From Octopus vulgaris (taxonomy: Eukaryota), in the NCBI GenBank assembly GCA_951406725.2, contig OX597818.1, positions 112,344,001-112,408,000 of the forward strand: a stretch of DNA of 64,000 nucleotides. The letters are read 5' to 3'. Under the pieces are notes generated by a model. That model was not told the origin of the DNA. It did no database searches and saw only the letters and a program-made list of their open reading frames with translations. The translations under genes and the position numbers were made by a program. Of the stretch, positions 13,179 to 27,028 are shown piece by piece. Positions within the stretch are counted from its first letter, which is position 1; the number at the start of each line of letters is the position of its first letter.

Positions 13179-14377
13179 AAAAATAGAATTAATATTTTTT
13201 TTATTTTGTTCAGCTCTATAAATTTAGCTGTATCCATCCTGCAAGGTCATAATTTGTTTATCTTGATATGATGCATGTGCCTAGTGTAACCTTATCAGAC
13301 GAATTACTCGTGGTATATATATTGGGTCTCGTCACTTTGATGACATGCACTTCTCTCTCATTCTATGAAAATAGCAGCAAAAGTTAATCTTTATCCAACG
13401 TAATATGTATGTTCTGTTAGTACACCGTATACGGCGGTAATATCCTAGAGGTGCCTGGGGCAAAAAAGCACACATTTAAAATTGTCTGTCGTTGGCACCG
13501 GAACACAGAGTTCACTTGATTTCATTCTCTTGCAAATCATCAATGGAGAGCTTCCGGTCACCGCATGATAATCAAATGTCGATGGCTTATTATTTATTAG
13601 CGACGTAAGCAGTATTAATAACAAAAGGTAAAAATAATAACGAAAATAGAGAAAAGTAGAGATTAAAAGTGTCATTTTTACATTTCCTTTGTATTTGTCT
13701 ATATGCTGCAGTATTGATTCGAAAATATCTCTCTCCGTGAATCTTTATAAGAAATTCCTTTCTAATCACATGTTTATATTTAATTTTGTTGGTCGACATT
13801 TATTTTCTATCGAAAGTTATTTTTTTATTTAAATTAATCTTGAGTATTTCAATTTTTGATTATGTCATCAGTATGATATTCACTGATTCTTGAATAATTA
13901 AACAAAGATTTCGGAAAAAAGTTAATTCCTAAGTAGTGCATAGTAGTTTTCAAGAATTCAGGCTCAACATACAACAAAATAAGCTGATTTTTCTAACGAA
14001 AAATATTCCAAGACTAGCCAGAGAAATATAATTCACAAAATTTTACCTCTGACTCCAAACGTGGACATGTAGAAATCAGAAATAACATTACTCAGTAGGA
14101 AACATAACAGAGAAATCGATAAGAAAGGAAATATCCCTTAGGTTACAAAAATTCTGCTAGCAAAATTAGTGTTTGCAATTATGACTGATTCACTCTATCT
14201 TACAGAATAGTTATTTACTTTTCCATTTCTAACACGCCACAAATTAACGTCGTCAACGCAACTATAACTTCCCTTGATAGTAAAGGAAAATAAAGAGGAA
14301 CAACATCATATTCTAGACAAATCATTCCTTTCTACAAGATAAAACGTACATTACAAATCACATACAATCGATATATA

Positions 14378-15100
14378 CGAGAGGGTACCCAAAAGAAACG
14401 GTTATTTTATTCACTTAGTTTTACTTGCTTACCCATTTATAGCCTTCAAAGTATTCTCCATCAGAAGCAATGCATCAGTCCAGCTGCGTTTTCCACTGTT
14501 CGAACTCTTGTAAAGTGATGCCTTTTCCCGCCCCCGTCGTGTTATTCTCCACATCTGCAAAACGTTTTCCTTTAAGGACTCGTTTCATTCGGGGAAAAAA
14601 AACAAAAGTTGCAAGGAACAAGGTCGGGCTAATAGGAAGGTTGGCTAGGTCAAGTCATGCCATTTTTGGCAAAAACTCTCTCACACACACAGCGGTGTGT
14701 GCAGGCACACTGTCATGATGAAAGCACAATTCTCCACTTTGCCAAAGGTCTGAGCCTTTTTCTCTCACCGCGTCTCGCAAGCGCTCCAGAACTGCCAAGT
14801 AAAATGTCTGGTTCGTAGTTTCACCAGGAGGAAAAAATTCTGTGTGGACAAATCCTTTCGCATCGATGAAACAAATCAACATCATCTTGACATTGAAATT
14901 CACTTGAAGCACTTTTGGGGGAATGATGACATTCAGTGCTTCTATTTGCTTGATCGTTGATTCCATTCCTCTTCGTAGCCGTAGCATCAGCTTTCCTCCC
15001 CTGGGAGGACTTTCAGAAGAAAGCTTCGGATCAACTTCCAACTGTTCTTTCAGTTCACGACACGCATTCAGTCTCGCACAGATTTTTCCCATCTACCAGT
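14378..15100 (-). mobile_element. Mariner transposase remnant (catalytic domain to C-terminus) with 3' TIR
   Basis: VKMMLICFIDAKG..EF.PPG.T.NQ.FY..VLERLRDAVR, FHHD..PAHTA, PDLVPCNF, KGKRFAD, CIASDGEYFEG. Terminus TA|cgagagggtacccaaaag. Confidence 0.9.
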
Positions 15101-15771
15101 GCTAAGAAACACTTTTGTACAAGAACTTTTAAATAAAGAAAATTTATTTATCGAAAAATACAGAACACGCATAAGTATGAGCGCATAACCAACTTTGGCC
15201 TTAGTATGTATTTTAATTCAGGTTCACATAACCATGACTATAAATACTCCATTTCACCACTGTAGCTTTTGAGTTTTTGTATATCTTTTATCCCCTCCCC
15301 AAAATATAAGCAATTACCTCCCCTGTGCAAATAATAACGAGTACCAATTACATCCTCTTGGATTGTTCTATTTGTTCACTCGTTTTATTCACAAATTCCC
15401 ATACACAACGTGGACTAAAATCTTCTTAAGAAAATACGAAATTATATTGACATGATTAGTGAAACTGAAACCGGTCGACAAACACGATACTCTTTCACTT
15501 ATAAAATTTTCTTTTTTTATCATTATCATAATATATATATATATATATATATATATAGGTTATGAGAGGTAATAGTGTCAAGAAAACCCAAAGGTGTCCG
15601 GTAATGCTGAGTAAGTGCTATGGACAGAGTACAGTTAAGCTCCATGTTCGGTTATTATGCGAATGAGGAGTCCAACGTAGGTCATTATCATCATGCGCAT
15701 ATATTAAAACATTAACAGTATGAGATAAAAATCCAAGGCTGTGAAAAATTTCAGAACATTTATAAAGGGGA

Positions 15772-15821
15772 CGTCTTACAGCTGTTTCTGGGATATTTTA
15801 TATATCCCTTCATCGGAGACG
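15772..15821 (-). ncRNA. Minimal hammerhead ribozyme-like motif (U4C core variant)
   Basis: cgtct CCGATGA a gggatat-ataaa-atatccc a GAAAC agct GTA agacg. This gives a 5-bp stem I, a 7-bp stem II, a palindromic loop III and a GUA triplet. Confidence 0.65.
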
Positions 15822-16454
15822 AATTAGCTTTCTCATAATTAGTATTTAGGCAGAACGTTACATATGCTACGGCCCCAATAATTACAGGTATGTATTTATG
15901 TAAGTATAGGCACATATATAACTGGTATCCTTATATTTCAAATAATATCATATGTGTGTTACATTTGGGTCTGGCCCTGAGTTTCCACCACCAAAATAAA
16001 GAACTCGGTGTCTTTCTCGCCAGAACAATATTAAAAAAAAGCATTGAACTGATAAAAAGAAATCTTACATTCACGTACATATTTTATAACAATATTTGGA
16101 AATATTTTCATGTAGCGCAGTCTCTTGGTTTACAGCTCTTTGCACTTGGTGAGCTCTATTTTATGAGTGAATCATATTTCGAAACAAAAAAAAAATAAAG
16201 AATTTAATAGAAATGTTTACGCAAAAAAATATTGTAACAAAAAGTAAAGAGCCATATAAACTTTGAAACACATTTAACGAATATTGACTTATCAGGGCCA
16301 ATCCGTACTTGTTCAACTACAAGTGTCGAATGAACAGTAATTCTTCCGTTGAATAAGATTGGTATTTTATTTTATTGGTTCATCTCGTTATAGAGCTTTG
16401 CATTTTGTTATTGATTTGAGTGGTTTTAGTATTTAATCAGTGTAAGTCGACAAG

Positions 16455-16890
16455 AGGGGAGAATCCTTACCGCGCCGGGCAAAATGCTTAGCGGTACTTC
16501 GTCTGCCGTTACGTTCTGAGTTCAAATTCGACCGAGATTGATTTTTTTGTCTTTCATCCTTTCAAAGTCGATAAAATAAGTACCAATTGTGTACTGGGGT
16601 CGATGTAATCCGGTTACCCCGTCACTCGAAATTGCTGACCTTGTACTAAAATTTGAAACCACGTTTAAGTCAGTGCTGTGAAGGCGAGCTGGGAAAATCG
16701 CTTACATGACGGGAAAAATGATTAGCGGCATGGCGTCTCTCTCGACGTTCTAAGTTCAAATTCTGCTTCGGTTGACATTGTCTTTCATCCTCTTCGTGTC
16801 GACAAAACAAATACCAGTTAAACATTACGGTCGATGTAATCGACCTACTCTATCTTCTAAAATTGCTGGCCTTGTGCCAAATTTGAAGCT
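16455..16890 (+). mobile_element. Two tandem copies of SINE family 1
   Basis: Homology to 10231-10470 at about 16455-16660 and 16682-16890. Confidence 0.75.
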
Positions 16891-17285
16891 AATATTTACT
16901 TAGTGATGAATAATAGTCCGAAGATTAAATCGTTCAAATATCGATCACATTTCATTCAGTTTTCATTTCTGAAATCTGTGCTTAATATCGGTTCAAATAT
17001 ACCTTTCGAATATGTCAAAAATATTGCTGTTGGTGGTGTTAGTCATGATCTTGATGCTGCTTATATTCTGATTTCAATAACATAGTATCGATCTCCTAGT
17101 TTTGGCGCAGAAACAGAAAACTGCAGGAAAAACAAACCAGTCACATGCTTTGAACTGGTAAAAAGTGTGAATTAGGATACCCTGCTCACAATTGATTATG
17201 TGATCTTATTTGCCAGTTTAGTAAAGAACAGAGAAACAAATAGACATAATAAAATAGAAATTCATGTTTTCTTTTCATTCTGTAG

Positions 17286-17468
17286 TTTACTTTGTATCAT
17301 CTCGCATGGTTCCGCCTTTACACAATTACATTTTTTAAAGTAATACCTCACAATGCTTCACCAAATCTACCCCATACCTATGTTTATTGGTACTGGGCCA
17401 ATACATCAAAAGTGACAGGGAAAGCGGGTGGTACAATCTCATCGCATTTTGTTTGCATAAACAACAGG
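17286..17468 (+). CDS. Candidate 183-nt phase 0-0 exon (FTLYHLAWFRLY...HFVCINNR)
   Basis: Acceptor ttttcttttcattctgtag, 61 open codons and donor AGG|gtaact. No recognised homology. Confidence 0.25.
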
Positions 17469-17954
17469 GTAACTATAAGGGAGTACAAACAAACAGCAGA
17501 TAGCACCATTAGGAACTAAATGATGAAATTATGGCTGTTAAGGGTCCAAATTGTAAAAGATATAGCCATTAATACGCCAGAGAAAAGTTAATAAGTACAA
17601 TAGATAAAACAAACAGAATCATTTCAGCTGTGATCAACAACACACTACAAGATGTCATCAAGCGCAACAAGTACGCAGAATCAATCAAAATAACTACAAT
17701 AACAAACAAAGCAGAACAGAAACAACGAGATCAACAACAGCTGTAACTAGGGCAGATTTCAGGTGTTTCAATGAAATACATGTTTATCGAATGTCATATG
17801 ACTTTGAGTTGTGTTAATAGTCAATAGCAGTGTTGGGGTTTCACTGATCTTTCAAGTGCTTTTAACTACCAAATCGACTCTAATTATTTATTTCTTTATA
17901 GCGTCAGGAAAAAAATACGACGTCAATTTTATGGATGTGCTACGTATAAAAACG

Positions 17955-17995
<41 letters not shown>

Positions 17996-17996
<1 letters not shown>

Positions 17997-18369
17997 TAGC
18001 AGTATCGCCCGGCGTCGCTCGGGTTTGTTTCGACCCTTTAGAATTGGAATTTTGGAAACGTAAAACTTTTGCATTATGTAGCTTGTTATTCTCTTTAAGT
18101 GAACATTTTTCTCGTTGAAATACACCGAAAAATGGCGACACAGCAGTCAAAAAATCGTACAAAATAGGGATTTTCATAGAAAAAAAGCACCTTTTTTATG
18201 TAAATAATTTTTATCTTAACATGGTCTGATTTGAATTTTATCTTCTACGAAATAAAGAGCAAGCCTTGTGCTATCATACTCTCAATTTTGGTCAATTTGC
18301 GCGGCAGGCTCTCGGAGGAGATAGTGTTAGTTGAAGGCTACCATACCTGCCATACACAGACAACTTCAG

Positions 18370-18372
<3 letters not shown>
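17996..18372 (-). mobile_element. Non-autonomous Helitron
   Basis: Minus-strand 3' end has hairpin cccgagcgacgccggg followed by CTAG|T. The 5' end lies in (TA)n. Confidence 0.7.
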
Positions 18373-18412
<40 letters not shown>

Positions 18413-18774
18413 GAATTTACAAAAAACACAAAAGACAACATGCATACTGCGGCCATACTGGAACACCACTTTTATTCGAACAACTCGTATTGCTGTTGTT
18501 GTAATGGTCATCGTCGTTGATGGAGATCTCCCATTGTTTACTGATTCTAAGAGTTCTCCATCTGTGTGTGCGTGCGTTTGTCCCAAGTCCACCGCTTGAC
18601 AACATACGTTGGTCTGTCTATGTCCACGTAACATTGCTGTTCAGTAAGAGAGCCCGATAAAATAAACACCAGGCTTTAAAAAATAAGGTTGAAATATACA
18701 GAAATCGGAGGACAAAGATAGGTGAGGGAATAACAAGCAGGTATTAGTTTAAACCTGGAGAAGAATGGGAACTT

Positions 18775-18810
18775 CTTTGACGTTTCGAGCCTACGCTCTT
18801 CGACAGAAAG
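18775..18810 (-). ncRNA. Minimal hammerhead-like motif (A6U core variant), Penelope-type family B
   Basis: cttt CTGTCGA a gagc-gtag-gctc GAAAC GTC aaag. Confidence 0.6.
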
Positions 18811-19454
18811 GAACGCAGAAATAAACGGGGAGAGAAAATAGAAAGTGATATACCTGTTTGTTCTTCCCTTATTTGGTTTCGTCTTTTGCTTTCTATACAT
18901 TTGAACAATATACGCTTAGTGGGTCACCCCTTTTTGATCCTACCTGTCTGAACGTCCTCCGCTCTTAGATCCTCCTCTCTTGTACCTTTTTCTCAGACAT
19001 CTGCTACCTCTCCTTATCCTCCTTACCATCACTCCACCCAGATTACCAGGATGATGTACCCTTCTAGGACTCTAATCTCGTGGATCCTACTGTACACTAC
19101 TGTATATATATATGTATATATATATCGAAACGCGGAGTAGATGAAACAGGGACGATTGATGAAGGGGATGTTCTTTATGTTGCATGTCTTGGTTTATTGT
19201 TTTTTATTTTCGATGTTCGTAGAAAAGTTCGTTTTCTATGATTTTGTTTTTGTTTTCGTTTCTCGTTTTTTCTACGTTTTTTGATGTCTTGTACCCATAT
19301 ATGCATGTATATATACATATATATGTAGGTATGCACTTATATGTATGTATATATGCATATATTTATATATCATTCATATCATTATATTATCGAACGCCAC
19401 GCATCCTTTTCCAAGTAACTTTTATGTATCTATCTATTTCTCTCTCTCTCCCTC

Positions 19455-19527
<73 letters not shown>

Positions 19528-19700
19528 GTAAAATATAAATAAATGTAAAATATAAATAAATATATTTAAGAGAAAAAATTGGTGGGTTTTTTTCACTTAT
19601 GAGGTTTTCCACGCTAACTACTTGATAAATTCTTATGAAGATTTTATCCTATTTTAAAATTATATATCTATATATACATGACTGTATGTATGTATGTATG

Positions 19701-19763
<63 letters not shown>

Positions 19764-21079
19764 ATATATGTATTTACATTCATACATACACACATGCATA
19801 CAAACACATACGTACATACATATATTACAAGTGAAAGTGGCGTGAGTATCAATTTAGTAATCAGCGAGACAAAATTTTATTTGGCGAGAATTGCCAGAGT
19901 GCTTGCTGTCATAACGTAGGGAATATTGAATAATGATAATGTATATTTGGTTTTAAATTAAATTGGTAAAACTCGGAACATTTGAAACTATTTGCAATGT
20001 GTTTATCGGACTCAACAGTCGATTATTAAATACAAAGCCGTGCTTCTTATATTACATTCAGATATCAGACGCTTCGTGAAATATACTACGGTAATATAAT
20101 TAATAACGTGATGAATACCCGATATTTATCACCGTAATATATATAGTTTTATAAATATTTCAGAAAATCCCAGTGTGTGGTAATTGATTGTTATCTTCGT
20201 TTTATTTATATTAATTAAATCCTATACATTCCTTTACTAAGGTTCGTGAAAATGTTTTCTTTTAAACTTTCGTTTGTACAGTGCGAAACATCGAGCATAT
20301 ATTTTATATGTTAACTCGTTAGGTATCTCTGTCCATAATCTATCTAAGCATACACACACACACACACACACACACTCACATACACATACACGCACACATA
20401 TGGAGAGAGAAAGAAATTGAGAAAATATCGAATGCACGTGTTACCTGTTGCTAAAAATGGTATCTGTAGTCAGATATCATCGTTTAGCTCAATGACACGC
20501 AGCACTCAGTTAGCCAATGAGGGGTGCAGGTTTCGATTCGCTATAGCGTCTTTGCTGCGTTGTTTCAATCTGTGAAGGTAATTTAAACCGATTTTCTAAA
20601 GCTGTGTTTCTGCTGTCATGTGTTCGATGTTTTCATATTCATTAAAAAAACATGTCAGCCGAATCTTTCAGCCCCGTCGTAGCAAATCGTTTAGGTTTTT
20701 GAATGAAGACGGGTTGTTTCCCACAAAAGCATGTGTTTTCTATCTGCGGCACAGATGTTTATCCTAGAAAAAAATTAAAATTTCATCGATACAAAATAGT
20801 ATCATAGGGTTGCAGGATTTTTTTTTTCAGGACGCAAAACGCCAAAACAAATACTGTATGGTATCGTGATGGACTCTTTACAATTCTATCAATCTGCCGC
20901 CATCAATTTTTCATTGACCGAAAGAATAAAAGAAAAGATTGGCCTCTGCGGGGTTTGAGCGCAGAAAGCAGTCGATAATATGCGCACTGGAGTCAATCTA
21001 ATCGACTGACCTCCTCCCCAAAAATTATGTCGATATATATTGTGATGATTCCCTGATTTAACAGAGGACCAAATATAGT

Positions 21080-21950
<871 letters not shown>

Positions 21951-23079
21951 CAAATATGTTTGCATATTTTCTTTTGCATTTGTAATGAGCAGTTGCTGTT
22001 ACAGACAGCAACATATTAAATTTTCCAGACGTCTGTTAAAGAAGAAAACAGATGCTGTATCGTCCATATTCGCTGTTATGTTACATGTTATACATCGAAA
22101 TTCAATGACATGCGCATCGGCATGTACCCGTTAATCGATCGATTTCTTTTAGAAATTTCAATGGCTGGTGATTTCAGCTCGTAACTGATCATTGAAAATT
22201 ACTTAATAGATGACAAACACATTTTTCTCCAAGACAGAATTCTAGCTCTTTGCACCGATTTCTATTGAGGCAGATTTCTCAGACGAGCATACGAAGTAAG
22301 TTGAGAGTATACATGCAGAAATCGATTGAGACAGAAAACGAAATATAAAGAAGAGAAGGGGAGGAAATACAGATTTCAAATATAATAGACCAAATGTTGA
22401 AAGGGAAAATATGAATAGAACAACCTGGAACCATGTCATAATTTACAATAACCCCATTTTATGTAACAAGTTTAATAATTATGGTGGCAAATTTCTAAGG
22501 AAATCTCTGTATACATGTCTTTATGTGTTGTATTTTTTTCTCTTGAGACCAATTATAGAACTACATCATACTGTCCAAATTTCAATTCATTTCCATACTG
22601 CCAACTTTTATTGATACGAATTACGATTCAAAATTGCGGAAATGGAACGAATATGCATTCCATTGAAAAATATCCTCTTGGCACGAGTTTCGGAACCTTT
22701 GGCAAATAGTCCATATAGAAATCTATAGATTTTTCTTCTTTCAAACAATCCATCTTGACCTCTGGATCAGACAAAGAAGAGAAAGAAATTCTCCGTAGTT
22801 CAATGAAAAACAAAATGTTTAAATTAGTATTTCCTTTTCTACAAAGTAGGACGTGACAGATAACTGCGTAAAAGGTTACCGAGTTGCCTTGGAAACAGCT
22901 CATCAATGGTTTGTCACAGAGTTGGTTGCGTAGCTTAAAATACATTAAAAACTTACCTCTAGATGTTAACTAATTAGAAAATAATTAAGATCTTTTTCTA
23001 ATCTACCCTCAAACCACATTACTAAATATTACGTTTGATGAATTCTATTTTTACATGTATGACTTTGGTAATAAGTGTT

Positions 23080-23491
23080 GGTTTCAAATTCTGACACGAG
23101 ACCAGCAAGTTCAGTGGTGGGGGGCAAGTCGATTAGATTGACCCCAGTGCTCAACTGGTACTAATTGTGTCGAGCCCGAAAGAATAACGTAAAGGTAGGC
23201 AAAATACCGCTCAGCATATTGCCCAACGGGCTAAATATACTTTTCTACTCTAGGCCCAAGGCCTGACACTTTTAGGGAGGAGAGCAATCGATTAGATTGA
23301 CCCCAGTACACAACTGGTATTAAATTTAACGATCCTGTAAGGATAAAAAAAACGTAGTCGACCTCGGCGGAATTTGAACTCAGACCGTAAAGACAGACGA
23401 AATACCTATTTCTTTACTACCCACAAGGAGCCAAGCACAGAGAGGACAATCAAGGACAGACAAACGAATTAAGTCGATTATATCGACCCCA
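23080..23491 (-). mobile_element. Cluster of SINE family 1 fragments
   Basis: gtcgacctcggcggaatttgaactcaga and the tail ttttctactctaggc. Confidence 0.8.
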
Positions 23492-23565
23492 GAAAAACAA
23501 ACGATGAAGACGGATGTGTAAATAACAAACATATATATTAGTTGAACGCTCGGGAGAGAGAAAGT

Positions 23566-23601
23566 CTTTTACGTTTCGAGCCTAAGCTCTTCAGCAGAAA
23601 G
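23566..23601 (-). ncRNA. Minimal hammerhead-like motif (A6C variant), family B
   Basis: cttt CTGCTGA a gagc-ttag-gctc GAAAC GTA aaag. Confidence 0.6.
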
Positions 23602-24852
23602 GAACACAAAAATAAGCAGAGAGTAAAATGCACGCACACATCAACATATATAATATTTCTGCGCGTGAAATTTATTTATAATACATTTAACCGTAGCAAA
23701 ATTCATTTGTTTAAACAGGAAACGTTTCGATGAGATTGACATACACAAGGTTAGTATATCGATGTATGATTAAAAATATTGTATTTTTGGTGTAAGATTT
23801 TTTGGATATTACTGTCCTACTTCATATTCATTTTTTAATAATAGAGAATGCATCCATCTTGCCTCAAGTGATTATTTAATTAATTTCGTTACTCTCTTCT
23901 TTATTAAAAGAAACGTGTTTGCTTTATTCGTTAGGTTTCGTGTTGATGGATCTAAAAAGCTTTCAAGTCATTGGGAAGTATACTGAAACAAGTGAATTCT
24001 AGATTCGAAATGATTTTCTAACAACCTCGGGTGAACGTTAATATCAATAACTTTATACGTAATTTTGGCGGCGAAATAATTCAATTTGTTAATGAAGAAA
24101 TTTTAATGGATATTTTCCTGGGCTGAAGAATACCTACTAATGGAAATGCGTTGCTGTTATTCATTGTTAGTTGTATACAATTCATTCTTAATGATGTTTT
24201 CCTATGCAGAATGTTATATTATTTGTAATACATCCATTAACTTAAAGACATATTATAACAGTAAACACAATTTTACTAAATAAGTAATTAAACAAAATAA
24301 TTTCATATTTCCCAATTATCCTTGGAAATATTCTGTTCCTAAAATCCCTGTAACTGATTTTTCCTTGTGTCACGGAAAATATATTTGATGTTTTAGAGAC
24401 GTGTATATTAACAAGTTTCACTTAATTACTTGAAATACAAAGTCAGTGTCGATGCTCTGTAATTTTTCATTGCCATAATAAAATGGCTTATAAATTATAT
24501 CTTCGAATCTAAAGGGAATATCTAAGAAATGAACAATGAGAAAATGCGTATCAACCCTATCAGTTAGAAAAAAACATCTTTAAAATACCTGCGGATATTT
24601 TAGATAACTTTTGCCCCTAATAGGTTTATTATTTAAGCTTACGTCGATTCCTCTTTAGTGTTGTTTTGCATTTATAATAAAATTAATATATATAAATTAT
24701 AAAAATAATAAAAATATATGCAGTACAGTACTGTTTCTACTTGGAGGATTTTCAACTACCGCAAGGTGCTTTGGAACCTAACACACGCGACAGTCGAGGT
24801 ATTAGTGTACTTACAAACTTACCAGTCATAAGACTGGTAACGCTCTAGCTTA

Positions 24853-25395
24853 CTCTTCTATTTGTTTCAGTCAGTTGAGTGCGGCCATGCTGGGGCACCG
24901 CCTTTAGTAGAACGAATCGATCCTAGTATGTATTCTTTGTGCGCTTAGTACTTATTCTATCGTTCTGTTTAGCCGAACCGCTAAGTTACGGGGACATAAA
25001 CATACCAACACCAGTTTCCAAGCGATGGTGGAGCGAAAAATACAAACACACAAACACATAACCATATATATGCAACATATAATATATAATATATAAACCA
25101 TAAGACACTCACAATACAGATACACACGAGCAATGCAATGAACATATGAGAAACAGGCTTACCTTTGCGTTGAATACATCAGCAAGTAATGTATATTTGG
25201 ATACCAATTGATTTCACTCCCTGTATGACCAACGTATTCTGAGATCTTCAGTTGAAAATAGCATTTTAACATCTATTTCTAAAGTATTCACTACATTAGC
25301 TCGTGGGCGATTCTTTCTTTAAACGTCCTGCTCCTCTGTTTAAAAGAAAACTATCGTTAATAACGGTAATAATAAATCTTTATTTAAAATATATG

Positions 25396-25458
<63 letters not shown>

Positions 25459-25710
25459 ATGTGTGTGAGTGTGTGTGTCTGTGTGTGTCTGTGTCTGTGT
25501 GTTTACGACGGGCTACTTTCAGTTTCCGTTTACCAAATCCACTAACAAGGCTTCGGTCGGACCCAGGCTATATTGTAGAAGACACTAAGGTGCCACGAGG
25601 CTATAGTGACATGCGGCTATAGTGTAGAAGACAGCAAGGTGCCACGCAGTGGAACTGAACCCGGAACTATGAGGTTGGGAAGCAAGCTTCTTACCACACA
25701 GCCACGCTTG
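24853..25710 (-). mobile_element. SINE family 2 (tRNA head, CORE-like domain, internal microsatellite, LINE-like tail), interrupted
   Basis: Head gtggctgtgtggtaagaagc...gggttcagttcc and tail cagcatggccgcac...ctgaaaca. Confidence 0.8.
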
Positions 25711-26052
25711 CAAAATGCAAAGATGTAAAAAAGAAAAGAAAACTCACAACTTCATCAGAGTAGAGCTCGATATTTGCCACATCAAAAGAACTACCGTATT
25801 GTAGTTTTGATCATAGAGCGTTATCAAAGAAACACAATAATCTTGCATACATTATTATTTTGATAATGGAATCACTGGTGAAACATAATTCTTGGCAAAA
25901 GCTAATGCTTAATGGCTCCATGATGCGGCTTTTGAAGCGAAAAATTCGATGAAGTCAAACTTCTAAATGATTGCTACTTCTTCTATACAAATAATTAACA
26001 ACGGATATAATGTTCTTCTATACACGTAATTCTTTGTTTAAATTTAAGGATT

Positions 26053-26512
26053 CAGTAATCCTTCGCCATAACGCGGTTCACTTATCCTGATTTATTATTT
26101 AAAGTTACGTCAAATGCAGCGAGCTGGCAGAATAGTTAGCGTAAGGGACGAAATGCTTAGCAGTATTTCGTCTCTCTTTACGTTCTGAGTTCAAATTCCA
26201 GCGAGGTCTACTTTGCCTTTCATTTTTTCAGAGTCGATAAATTAAGTACGAATGAAACACTGGGGTCGGTATAATCGACTAGTTCCCACCCCACAAATTT
26301 GAGGCTGTGTGCCTCCAGTAGATAAGATTATTTAAGCTTACGAAAACTGCTCGGTGGTGTTGTTTTCAATTTACAATATAATAAATATATACAAATTATA
26401 AAGATAGACAGTATATAAGAAATATACAGTACTCTTTCTGCTTCGCGGATTTTCACTTATCGCGGGTGGGAAATTGTAACGTAGCACCCGCGATAGTAGA
26501 GGGATTACTGTA
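26053..26512. mobile_element. Tigger/pogo-like MITE with a nested SINE family 1 copy (about 26110-26325)
   Basis: Termini cagtaatcctt... and ...agggattactg|ta. The SINE is flanked by attatttaaagttacg and attatttaagcttacg. A related right end lies at 24625-24810. Confidence 0.55.
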
Positions 26513-26603
26513 ATCATTTCGATGATAATTATACTCACCATACGTAAGTCAGTTTACGTGTTCAATATAACATTCAGAACATTCATTTACGTATAAAGTA
26601 ATC

Positions 26604-26997
26604 CTTACTACCCACAAGGGGCTAAACACAGAGGGGACAAACAAGGACAGATAAACGGATTAAGTTGATTACATCGACCCAAGTGCGTAACTGGTACTTA
26701 ATTTATCGACCCCGAAAGGATGAAAGGCAAAGTGGACCTCGGCGGAATTTGAACTCAGAACGTAACGGCAGACGAAATACCTATTTCTTTACTACCCAGA
26801 AGGGGCTAAACACAGAGGAGACAAACAAGGACAGACAAACGGATAAAGTCGATCATATCGACCACAGTGCGTAACTGGTACGAAAGGATGAAAGGCAAAT
26901 TGGACCTCGGCGGAATTTGAAGTCAGATGGTAACGATAGATGAAATACCGCTAAGTATTTCGCCCACCGTGCTAACGATTCTGCCAGCTCGTCGCCT
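26604..26997 (-). mobile_element. SINE family 1, internally duplicated
   Basis: Homology to 10231-10470. Confidence 0.85.
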
Positions 26998-27028
26998 TAA
27001 TAGCAATAATAATAAAATTTTCTACTCT

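Noticed and set aside
20478-20550. tRNA-like remnant
   Set aside because: Too degenerate to fold or assign.
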